From the NCBI GenBank assembly GCA_008632985.1, contig QPGO01000145.1, positions 62,001-126,000 of the forward strand: a stretch of 64,000 nucleotides of DNA. Reading direction: 5' to 3'. A model generated the notes under the pieces. It was not told the origin of the DNA. It searched no databases and saw only the letters and a list, made by a program, of their open reading frames with translations. Below are positions 24,997-36,009 of this stretch, in pieces. The DNA comes from Psammoneis japonica (Eukaryota). The position numbers were made by a program, and so were the translations under genes. Each line of letters starts with the position of its first letter. The first letter of the stretch is position 1.

Positions 24997-26517
24997 ATGT
25001 CACCCACAACCACCATGGATGAAGCTACAAATGAAATAGCAAACAATAGTGATGCTCGTCATTCATTTCAAGAGCCGCTCCTCCAGCCTGACAGCGTCGA
25101 TGACGGGGAAATGACGGGAACTGAACAAGCACCGAATAATGCAACAAATCGTCAACGTCTTTCTCGGAACGTGTATGCCACACTGGCTTACATGTGTATC
25201 CGGTGTGCTGGAGAGGCTGTTTGGTATTATTCCGTATTGTCGGCTTACATATTTTTATTACGGCCTGATAATCCGGCAATGGTTGGATATCTTTCGGCCA
25301 TCGAAGGTGTAGCACAATTTATCGCGGCGGCGGCTGCAGGTGTTATCGCCGATCTATATCGTCGTGATCGATTACTACAGATTTCGTCATTTGTCGGAAT
25401 TGCTGCAAGTGTTTTAACTTGGCTGTCTAGTTACCATCAAGCATCGACGGAATTTTGGTGGTGGTCACTCGTTGTGATTGCGCCCGTTTTGTGGGGTGTC
25501 TTTGATGGGATTGGTTTGACCGCTTCTTTGGCACTTTTTGCCGACTCGATTCCAGATGGACAACGATCCTATTATTTCACTCTCCGTACGGTCTATACAA
25601 CTGGCGGACAAGTTCTTGGACCTGTCGGTGCCTTGATCATGTTTGCTGTATTGGGTGATCAATGGACCATATCCGATTGTAGCAAGGTCATTTGTTTGGC
25701 ACAGTTTATTTTAATACCAGCCTTTGCTCTCTTGTGGAGCTTTTCGGATGACGACAAACCAACCACAGCAACAACCGAAACAGAGAATCTTTCCGAGGAG
25801 AACGAAGAACGAAGCAATCTATTGGAAGGAGGAGAGATGGAAACACAGCTACAATTTGAATTGGGAGAAGACACCGATGCCGAAGAAGAAGAATCATCTT
25901 TATCCACGTATTTTGCCGGGATGACAAAAGACCGCTTTGTCGCAGTCAATGCTGCCACTTCCGACATCATCTGCGCCTTGTCGCAGGGAATATCCAATCG
26001 CTACTTTGCAATCTTTTTACTGAAAGATCTGCAGCTTCATCCCGTGTTCGTCCAAATATTGGATGCCTCTTCCTGTGTCACGGGAGCGGCTCTCTTACTA
26101 ATCGCACAACGTTTGGCCGAACAGTTCGGTAGATGCCCCGTTTCAATCGCATTAAAGCTCATTGGAGTCGCGATTTTAGTCCTTATGATACTCATGCAAC
26201 ATGAATGGAGGCCGTTCGTTATGCTTTGCTACGTACTCCAGGGATCATTCTTGTACTCGACACAGGCACTGACTAGAAGTTTGGTCATGGATCATGTTCC
26301 TAGTCACGAACGTGCGAAATGGAGTGCATTGGAATCGATCAACATCTTTGGATGGTGTGGAAGTGCGGCGATTGGAGGATTGTTGGTCCATTTGTTTCAT
26401 GGAAATGTGATTCCTGTCTTTTGGTTCACAGCCATCTTTCAAGTGGTGGGAGTGTTGCCTTTGGTGCCGTTGGTCAAGGTTGTGGTTGAAAAACAGGACT
26501 CTGTAGTAGCAGAATAG
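24997..26517 (+). CDS. Major facilitator superfamily transporter
   Basis: 506 aa, about 12 hydrophobic helices in two halves, an acidic central loop, and GVIADLYRRD (MFS motif A-like). Confidence 0.88.
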   Translation: MSPTTTMDEATNEIANNSDARHSFQEPLLQPDSVDDGEMTGTEQAPNNATNRQRLSRNVYATLAYMCIRCAGEAVWYYSVLSAYIFLLRPDNPAMVGYLSAIEGVAQFIAAAAAGVIADLYRRDRLLQISSFVGIAASVLTWLSSYHQASTEFWWWSLVVIAPVLWGVFDGIGLTASLALFADSIPDGQRSYYFTLRTVYTTGGQVLGPVGALIMFAVLGDQWTISDCSKVICLAQFILIPAFALLWSFSDDDKPTTATTETENLSEENEERSNLLEGGEMETQLQFELGEDTDAEEEESSLSTYFAGMTKDRFVAVNAATSDIICALSQGISNRYFAIFLLKDLQLHPVFVQILDASSCVTGAALLLIAQRLAEQFGRCPVSIALKLIGVAILVLMILMQHEWRPFVMLCYVLQGSFLYSTQALTRSLVMDHVPSHERAKWSALESINIFGWCGSAAIGGLLVHLFHGNVIPVFWFTAIFQVVGVLPLVPLVKVVVEKQDSVVAE

Positions 26518-26696
26518 AAGAAAAGTTTTAGCAGTACATGTTTTATCGTTTTCCATATCGATGGCTTACAGGAAAAATCGACTATCGTAGAGTACTATGG
26601 AAGACGATTTTTATTGCCTACTCGCTGCCACAATCGAGGAGTGGTTTGGCTAACGAGGACCGATAAGAGTTTCGAAAAAAGAAAACTTTTCAGAGA

Positions 26697-29541
26697 CTAT
26701 GAAATTATAAAGAGTGTAAGTGCAGCGGAAAAGACACCAATCCCAAATGCAATTATCGGCGATTGACGAATTGCCAAGGATGGCGTCGACTGGGATGATA
26801 CGCAACCGTACGCATATGTCAAGGAGAACTTCTGTTCGGTTGATTCGAGATTTGCAGCCGAGACAGTCACACGAATCACATTTCCTTGCTTGGCGAAAAA
26901 TCGGACACGCTCGACATTGTTTGTATCGTCCTTATTATCGCGTCCATTTGGAAAATGATTAGTAGTTTTGTCGTCCGCGGTCTGTTTGACAAGAAGATCG
27001 AGGTCGTTCAGGAGACATCTCAGGCATGAAACGTATCCCGGCGGATCTGCCCAGGTGAGTGTTACGCTTACTCCCACATCTTCGCAGGTCCCGGTGCTCT
27101 CTTTTGATACAGTGAACTCGTACTCTGCAGGGGCCCCTCCCTGAGTGACAATTTCTCCGTCATAAAACTCGGCAGTCAAATCATTCTCTCCAGCAAGTGG
27201 TAGCGAATCGATCAAGCTTATTCTGCCAAAACCCTGATTGTTATCCACGTCCTGGAATGCGTATCCGGACAGAGGTTGCGCGCCATTCACAAGAATGGCT
27301 TTCAGCAGAGTTCCGGATACGATCTTTCCTTCTGCACTTCCCTTGCTCCCATCGCCGTACCAACCCTCATTAAAGTATTGGCGAATCAAAGCAACGGATC
27401 CACTGACTACAGGCGTCGCCATTGAAGTGCCTTGCATCGAGACAATGCCATAGGGGGAGTCCCTCTCACCTGGCTTTGGCAAGTCACCCTCTTTCGGAGG
27501 GTCGCAGGATGGGGCTGGCCGAGCACCAGCGGACAAGAGGTAGCTCCCGGGGGCCACAACGTCAGGCTTGATCCTTTCGTCCATTGAAGGTCCACGTGAC
27601 GAGAAGGAAGCAAGCGAATTAACCGCCGGCGTCCGTCCATTTATGTCATTGCCTGCGCTGGTGCTTGCTCCAACTACAGAGAAGGTGCAAACAAACAGGG
27701 GCAATGGTGAGGAATGATTCGATAACGAAAAGCGTCCATTGTAGTAATTACCTGTGATGACGTTTTTGGCATTGCCTGGAGAGCGCACAGAAACACCGCT
27801 GGGACCTTTGTTACCGGCTGCCACGACGACGGCTAACGTTTCATCATTGTAGAGGTATCGATCAAAGTCCTTTGCTTGGTTTGCATAGAAAACTGCCTTT
27901 TTGCTTCCCCAACTGCATGAGTGCGTCAATGCGCCAGCAAGCCTTCCTGTAACAATGGCATAGAAAATGTTTGAATGATATTTGTCCGATGTTGTGAGTT
28001 CGTCAAGTCTCCGGCTTACCTGGTTCAAATAAACGGCTGGCCCAGGGGATCCGCAGTCCTGTACAGTAGAATGAGCAATGAAAGAAAAGAGGGTTGGGAA
28101 GTGACAATTCAGATCGTTTTGTGAACAGAAAGACACCTGGACACTTACGATCGTCTCGACCAACGTCAAAGAAGGCCAATTTGGCATCACGGGCGACGCC
28201 ATCCACCATGCCATCCGTCTCGGAGATTCCATCTTCGGACTTTCGTCCTGCAATTGTGCCACAAACATGCGTTCCATGGCCGCTGGTGTAGTCCTCTTTA
28301 TCCACAAAGTCGACATATTGAACGACTTTCCGACTGACATTGTTGAATCCCTACATATGGACGACAAGCATGAGAAAAAATATTGAGCTGCAAATCTTCG
28401 GACATTCACACAAGACTGCGGTAGAGACTTGCCGTTCCAAACTCAAGAGGATTCTGAGAATCACGAAAGTAGCAGTTCTGCAGGTCAAGGCCAGTGTCTG
28501 ACACCGCTATCACTTGTCCTTTCCCAGTAATGCCCATATCAAAGAATGGCCTTTCTTCGGGCACTCCACTCTGAGAAATCCATTGAGCTTCGTCATTCTC
28601 GACGACAAAAGGATTACGTCGCTCAATAAAACAAATTTCAGGTGCATGTGCCAGTCCCAAGGCCAATAGAAGAAAACACGCTTCTGGTGCGAATCCGTCC
28701 TCTGGCGTGGTGAGCCGAAGAATAACATAGTCCACATCAGCCTGCTCGGACTCGACCGACTCGAGGAGGGTCGCATCGCAAAAGTTTGGATTCTGGTCGA
28801 GCTCGTCTTTCAGTTGAAGAAGATCAGGGATGAAAGGTTCTACTTCTGGTACTGAAAGGAAGAAATCGATCAAGCCTATTGCCAATTCAATTGTTTCCAG
28901 AGTGAATGTTTCCAAATCAAGAAAGGGTAACCCAGGACAAAAGTTGATAGCATATTCTCGTGCCTTGCTTTCGTCCGAAACAAAGTCGACAGATCCCGAA
29001 TTGAGTTTCATGATGAATCCAATCGGTTGCACAATAAGCTCTCCCAACGTTTCTGCGATGGATGCGAATCCTAGTGCGACGGCGCATGTAACGTTCTCTG
29101 TGGTGTAAATCGTAACAGTCTCGTTGAGCATATTCTGAGATTGTCGCGCCATGACTTGACGTCGCTCAAGAGCTGTTCGAGTCAAGTTTTCGTCGCAAAA
29201 AATGAATGGAAACTCTTTTGTTTCATTCTGCTCGAGTTGTTTTGCATACTCCCAATTCCATTCGGTCTGAATCTCCCACGAATCGAGCTACGGTACAACG
29301 CGAGCGGGAAACAAGAAATTTGGTCCTTCTGCACATGTCAGCGAAACAGACAAAGGAGAGCTACGGCATTTCTCATACTTACTGGATTCGAACTGTTGCC
29401 GCCTTCGAGCGGGGTCCCCACAACTGTAAACAGGATTTGATTGAAGAATTCTGGGGTCATGGGCATAGCATCGCGAGCTATTGTTGTCTGAAGGATGACT
29501 CCCAAGAAGAAACAGATGTACGAAAATGATTTATTCGCCAT
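26697..29541 (-). CDS. Secreted/membrane-anchored subtilisin-like serine protease (S8, KP-43/TagC-like), multi-exon
   Basis: Catalytic triad motifs VSDTGLD, GHGTHVCGTIAG and QGTSMATP; AAGN; FSSRGP..D.RIKPDVVAPG; NDLDL and NNVERV in the C-terminal domain. Signal peptide from ATG 29541 and hydrophobic tail. Exon borders not fully resolved. Confidence 0.88.
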
Positions 29542-30159
29542 TGCTGATTCCAACTACACCTAACCCATGCAATTTCGATTTCCAGAAGTGTTTGTATGAA
29601 GAGGTCGTGTCAAATCGGAACACCTTGCCCTCTTTCATTTTTTATCATATATTCATCATGCGATCAGGGTCTGAGTTCTCATCGGAATAATTTGCTTATT
29701 CAAAAAAAGATACTAAGAAAAACCTTATTCGATTGTCCCAATAATTGTAGGTCAACAAGAATGAAATTTCTTTATTTGAATTTTTGATTTTTTCAGTCAT
29801 ATTCCGCGAACACTCATAAAACATAAAACCTTTTGAGTCATGAGGAAGAGCAATGCAGGTATCTACCCTACGTAAAATCAACGGAAATTAAATACTGCGT
29901 CAGGAATGGGTTCTTTGTTCTTTGGAGCAGTTATAATTACTATATATATATGAATATGTTAATGCAATAAAGATATCAAAATTTTTGGTTGACACTGATG
30001 AATGATCTTGCTCCTTCTTCTGGGTGGTCCGTACACTTTTTACGAGAAACGGATCTGCACCGAACTCCTCCTTCAGACATTCTGTGACACCAAAAAATCC
30101 ATCACCGCCACTCGTCTCATCAGAGTTCTCATCAAACATCCAGTGGACAACACATCACC

Positions 30160-31432
30160 ATGAAAATCAATGTCTGGTATCGTATCTTGAGTATTGGAGG
30201 TCTCTCGTTGCTCTCGCACTGTGAAACAGTTATCGGTTCAACGCCTTCTTTATCGAGAAAGGAGAGCAAGGTGAGCTTAGTTTGTCACTTGGCGGTTTCT
30301 GACACCTTACCGTGTACTGATTGATACGTTCTCCTCTTCTACTCGAACTTAAAAGACGAATACTGTCACCAAATCTCCCTTGGGAATCGATAACGAGGTT
30401 GTTATCAAATCCATATCAGAGTATTTATGGAACCACAAGTTCCCCGACGACTCGAGTGAACCTTTCAAGTTTCTCATCAAGGGATCCTATCCAGCTGCCG
30501 TCAAAGCTTTGGAAGCGTCAAATGGGGAGCTTGTTCTTCCGTTCAACGACATTGATGTCTTTGTTGAAGCACCGGTCAAGTCGGACGCAACATGCTCGCA
30601 CAAAGACCCAAGGACTCGTCTGATTAAATCCTCCTACGTCCAAGGTTTGATCCCCAACAGCGACGTGAAAGTTCAGGTGTCAATCATGTGCCAGCTGGAT
30701 CCAGAGTTTCATACAGTCGAATGGGCTGATATCAATGCGGTCATGGCAGGCTTCACAGTTGTACCTAAAAAGCACCAAAAGAAACTGGGAGATCCTAATG
30801 ATGCTGGCGAGAGTGTTATCCCGCAAATCGGAGATTGGATCCTTTCTCCCAGTTTTGAACAGTTCTTACACAAGCAGGTGCTTGAACTCGACTACCAAAA
30901 AATATATACCCACTTTCATGGACAACAGGCTGCCAAGAGCGTTATTCGTCTTCTCCACAAGGCGGAGCAGTTGGGCATGAAGTACAAGGTTCCTGACGAA
31001 CAAGAATTGAAGGACTTGCTCCACGGCAAGATTATCGGGGCTCAATACAAGCGCAAGTTCGACAAGCTGGATGATTCAACGAGCGACTACCATGCCGTCA
31101 TCAAGAGTCATTATGATGTCATTCCCGTGGAAGGCCACTCGGCCTTTTACATGTTTGTTCTCAAGGGTTCAGAAATCCCGACCCGTCCGCGCAAGCTTCA
31201 AGACTGTTACTATGAAGGCGCAGAAGGTTGCGAGCTCGGTGGCCAACCCGGTGGTGAGCCTGGTGGCGATCCCGGTGGTGAACCTGGCGATGAGCCTGGT
31301 GGCGAACCCGGTGGCGAAACTGGTGACGGAGACGGTTCTTCCTCACCAGGTTTCGACTCGATGGCTTATCAGAGTCTGGTAATCCTAAGCACTTTCGCAG
31401 CAGCATTCTTTGGAGCTTCTTGGTTCCTCTAG
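30160..31432 (+). CDS. Secreted, probably GPI/TM-anchored protein with a nucleotidyltransferase-like motif; exons 30160-30270 and 30356-31432
   Basis: In-frame GT-AG intron at 30271-30355; signal-like N terminus; IKGSY...FNDIDVFV and DINAV; GGEP stalk; hydrophobic C terminus. Confidence 0.7.
31238..31333 (+). repeat. 12-bp coding tandem repeat (GGEP)n
   Basis: ggtggcgaaccc-like units encoding GGQPGGEPGGDPGGEPGDEPGGEPGGET. Confidence 0.85.
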
Positions 31433-31528
31433 GAAGTTACTGAAAGTGGTCGTTCTATTTGTTCAACACAGCACCTGTTAAAGTGTACCCATTAAATCAA
31501 TTTACTTTAAATGTGACTAACGTGGCGT

Positions 31529-31665
31529 GTACTTGGATCTACCGGTACAGTGTACCCTCTCTCGTAGCTACTAGTAGAGGGCCTCTAGCTAGAGGTAGAG
31601 AAGAGCAGCCTCTCATTCAACCTACTCTCTAGAGCTAGTTTTAGCTGAGAGATAGAGAGAGACCA
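31529..31665. repeat. Low-complexity TAG/CTA-rich patch next to the LINE 3' end
   Basis: ctctctcgtagctactagtagagggcctctagctagaggtagag...ctactctctagagctag. Confidence 0.7.
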
Positions 31666-31685
31666 AGCTGATGGGAGTGGGCTGA

Positions 31686-33855
31686 TTTTTAAAATAGAAT
31701 ATTAAGAGAGGAAGGGAACAGCAGAGGGAGGCACGGAGGTAGCTGTAGTGACGGTAGAGTAGAAGGGCCGAAGGACACAGGACGAAGGGCGTTTAGAGGA
31801 AGGTATAGGTGAGGAGGGAGAAGGGAGGGAGGAAGTAAATCGGAGGACATGCGTAGAAAGGTGACGAACAACGTTGTAGCCAAGGGTTTGAGTGGCCCAC
31901 TGGGACGGGGAGGCTGTGCGTCCCAAAGCGATCGGCGGACAGGCGACGCCATGCGAAGTCAGCGGACGGAAGGATTGCAGACGGAGACGACAAGGCGTAG
32001 AGGAAGGCGGAGTAGGAGGCAGCGGAGTGACGGAAGTCAGAGGAAGAGGACCAGGGAGGCTTGGGTTGAGAGCAGATGGAAGAAGACGTAGGACCAAAGA
32101 GCAAGCGGTGAGCAAAGCAGCCGAGACCACCAAGGTGATCGACAGCAAAGGGGAGCAGGAAGATGCCATCATTGTCAAGCGAAGAAACAACAAGGGAGCC
32201 ATCAGCAGAGGAAGCAGAGGGGCCAAGGAACTTCAGTCTCGCGCTCGAGTGGTGTGCCTCAGTTAAAATGGGAGAAGAGGGAGCAGGCAGACCTGGAGGA
32301 GGGCAAGAAGAAGCTTGAGGGACGGCAACGTCCACTGCAATGTGATGATGACGGGAAGGAGCGGAAAGGGAGGCGGGAGGGGGGACAGAAATGCCGACAT
32401 CGGCGGGACGGAGAAGCGGGCGGGTGGGGAGCAGGTTGGTGGGTTCAAGATGAATGTCATTGGGGGATCGACAGAACTCTGCAAGAGGACCCAAAGTTTG
32501 GGCTAGGATGAAAACAGTGTCACGGAGACCATTGGAAAGCTTGGACTTGTGAGCACGGCGGCAAGAAAAGGCATGATCACCACAGGCGTCCAGAATGGCA
32601 TGGCCACAGGGACAGGGAGTGTTGACAAGGGACGGAGGAAGGATGGGGAGATGAAGCTTACGAAGGGCGGCGACAGCACAGGCGTCCGAAGAAAGACGGG
32701 AGCTTGGGAAGCGACGGGAGAAGGAATGAAGAGGAAGGCTTGTGAGCGGAGAGAGCAGTGAAGGCAGCAAAGATTGCACCTCGTAGGAAGAGTTGGCAAG
32801 GATGGAAGCAACTGCTTGCTGTTGATGTTCATGGTAAAGACGGCGAGCCAGGCCAGGAAGGGTGGCCGATTTATCCAGGGCAGCCAAGGAAGAAGAGGAA
32901 AGGGCAGAAGCAGAGGCAAGAACGGGGGCATGCCGACAGAAAAGCGTGCAGAGACGTGGGAAGAGTGAGGGTTGGACCAGGAAGAAAGAGAGAGCCGAAA
33001 GCAGCGCGGAAGGGAAACAGAAGCACCGGAGGCCAGGCTGACACCGTGCAAGGTGAAGCGGAAAGAGCGAAGGAGGGACACCAAAAAGGAAGGAATGGCG
33101 GCAGCTGTTGTGTCCCGAAGGCCAAACCCGCCTGAGGAGGCAGGGAGGAAAGCGATGGCAATGGAATGATCAGGAAAAGGGGCGGCGCAGGATGCAGCGC
33201 AGTGAAGAAAGCGGTGAGCAACGGTGAGAAGGAAGTCTTGAAATGGAGAAGTCCAGAGGAAGGGGTCGGGAGGATTGTCGGGGTCAAAGTTGCAGCAGAA
33301 GTCAGCCCCAAGGAGGTGGGCAGAGGATGGAACAAAGCAGTGTTTGAAGAGTTGAGCTTGGGTTTGTTTGTCATGGAGACGGGTGAGAAGCACATCAACT
33401 TCGTCGGAGATGGCAGAGGAAATGTCCGAAAGGAAGGAGCTGGCAAAGTCGTGAGAGCCGAGGGGTTGTCTGAGGAAGTGAACACCAGAGGCGAGTTCCG
33501 GGTTGCAGGAGGGGTCATTGGCGGGATTTAAGAAGGAGAGAGTGGCACGGAGGGGATCGGCGCGGGAAGGAGGAAGAGCAGGGATGGGGCTGACACCGGC
33601 AATGGAAGTGAGGATTTTGGTTTTACGGAGATTGAGGGAGATCCTGCAGGGAGCGCCGAGAGCGGAGAAGCGTTCGAGGAACCACGGAAGCATGGAATGG
33701 GGAAGAAAAGCACGAGCATCGTCAATGCAGGAGCCAACCGAGACAGATAATCGGCCAGGGATTCGTTCTCGAAGCTCTTGGTTGATCGGACGAAGAACCA
33801 GAGAGAGGACTAGACTGGCGAAGACAGGGCCGAGAGGGCATCCTTGGGCAAAGAT
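31686..33855 (-). mobile_element. 5'-truncated non-LTR retrotransposon with a restriction-like endonuclease (CRE-like), hypermutated
   Basis: RT motifs FAQGCPLGP and SCIDDA (YxDD position), LNLRKT, LPASSGGFGL; CCHC knuckle CPCG...GDHAFSC; RLE motif RPAD...AVDV; short A tail at 31686-31690. Confidence 0.88.
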
Positions 33856-33993
33856 TCAAACTCTTTCTGCTGACTGCGTGTGCCTTTCTCAACAGGAATC
33901 ATTCAGGGTCCTGAGAGTCATCACGCAGAAATTGTGCAGGAGAGCACTGAAAACAATCATTGTCAGTCTGTCCATCCATCCATGTGCGAACAT

Positions 33994-34106
33994 CAACTTC
34001 TCGGGAAATCAATTGAAATGCTATCTGATTGACGGTATTTTGATTCACACAGTGAAGGCCAATGCCGTCAACCAGATAGCATTTCAATTCAGTTCCCGAA
34101 AAGTTG
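33994..34106. repeat. Inverted repeat/hairpin with ~46-bp arms and a 21-nt loop
   Basis: caacttctcgggaaatcaattgaaatgctatctgattgacggtatt pairs with aatgccgtcaaccagatagcatttcaattcagttcccgaaaagttg, about 5 mismatches. Confidence 0.85.
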
Positions 34107-34361
34107 TTAGCTCTAATCACTCTCTCGTATGACATTGTGTACATTTCTACACGATTTTGTGTTTTTCCTTATGTAAAATATTAATTATGACCCAAGCGAC
34201 ATTTTCGAATGATTCCTATTTATTGTAAGGTTCTTGCGCGTGGAGAAAACACGCGTGAAGATCTGAAATTATTTCACAGAGCTGTTGCTATGGTACTTCC
34301 AGCCACACATCCCTCAAGATCCCTCAAGCGACAAGAGTTTGAAGTTCATAGGAGGTCCTAA

Positions 34362-35629
34362 ATGATACAGTCGAGGCCAATGCTTCAGAAACGCCGAACT
34401 CAATCCAGATTGACGACGAGCAGGATCAAGTGGAAAAGCATAAGATCGTTGTTCTTGCTTTTCACGATCGTCGCGGTTATTCTCAACACATACATCAGGA
34501 ACTTACCCAACGTCGCTGATAATCGTGTGCCAATCTACAATTTTCCTCCCGACACTAGAGGGCAAGCCGAAGTGGGCTTGCGATATAGTAAACGTCTCAA
34601 AGAAACAACCGACCCCGACACGGACGGTGCGGTGTGGGCAATCAATTATATTCGAATTCAAGGCAGCGATTCTGAGAAATGCAAGACCATTGTCAAACAC
34701 GTCAAAGAAAGCATCACTCGAAGAAGAAGGCGACGAACGTTTCACCTAAGCCGTAGCAACAGCCAGTGGCAAATTTTCCTTTACGATTATGCAGACAAGA
34801 CCCGAGATATCAGTGCATGCCTGAAAACGTTATCATCACTCTTGGGAGGCAAACATAATATCAAATACGCGCGACGAAGTCTTGTGGATGGCAGAGATTT
34901 CATTCCTTTCATCAAAAGCAAAATTTCAATGAAACAATTCCATTGCGACAACTATACGGGTACCCATCAAACTACTCCTCAACAGACTTGTCACAATACA
35001 TTTACAATGGCGTCGTTTCCAAGTTTCACATACAGGTGCGATCTGATCTCCTTCGCGAGCTACGTAGGCTGTATCACTTACAGCAATCCCACGTTCGTCC
35101 TGGAGACGTGGCTCATTTCTGGAGATTCCAACCGTACATACAGGGCGGGGCTCTCCGGAATCGCGTGAGCGAGGCAATTTCGTCACTCGAAGCAAAAAAC
35201 ATTTCCATCCTGGCCGATACAGTGAGTCCGCGCTCTAGGATCGGGCGCAATTCCGTGGCACCAGCCTATGCTCGGGCCTTACTGGAATATAAAATCATCG
35301 TGGTTTGCCAGCGAGATGAATACGAGGACCATTTCCGACTCTTGGAAGGAATGATTTCGGGTGCTCTCGTCATGTCGGATCCCATGGTCCACATGCCTCC
35401 TGGATACAAACACGGAGAAAACATTGTCGTGTACGAAAGTATCGCTGATCTCAAACAAAAGATAATGTATTATTTGGAGAACACTAGAGAGCGGCTACGG
35501 ATTGCTCGGGCTGGAAGGATACTTGCCGTGGAGCAGCACAGACCTTGGCATAGAATGGAACGATTCATCTTGGGACAATGGCCAACAAGCAGTGATCAAC
35601 CAGTCATTCCATTGCTACAAGGAGTGTGA
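34362..35629 (+). CDS. Type II membrane glycosyltransferase with a GT1-like (Glyco_trans_1_2-type) C-terminal domain; frameshift near 34932
   Basis: N-terminal TM helix; C-terminal RLLEGMISGALVMSD...HGENIVVYESIADLKQKIMYYL...ERLRIARAG. One extra A in atgaaacaatt joins the two ORFs. Confidence 0.75.
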
Positions 35630-36009
35630 TTCGTCTAAATAGAACTCCGGCACATCCCTCCAAACGGGGAGATTCGACCCAGTGCACTAGAAGCAATTTC
35701 GGTTGCATCGTACCGATCCGACACTCATCGAACTGCATCCTCAAACGTGACAGTCTCTCCTCCATGTGATAATCTACTTTCGCCCTCCAACGACCAGACT
35801 TGAGTAATCCCTGCCTGCGAATCGAAAGACGGCTTGGCGTCAACGACTTTGCTCTATGATGGAGATTGAGTGCGGAAAGCTCTTCGAGAGAGACAGAGAC
35901 ACCATCACACACATTTTGAATTATCTTATCAACTACAATGGTCGTTCCGTGTCACTCGCATCATAGAGCATAGGAAAACCATACTAAAGAAAGCTACCAA
36001 GCCGGTCGT

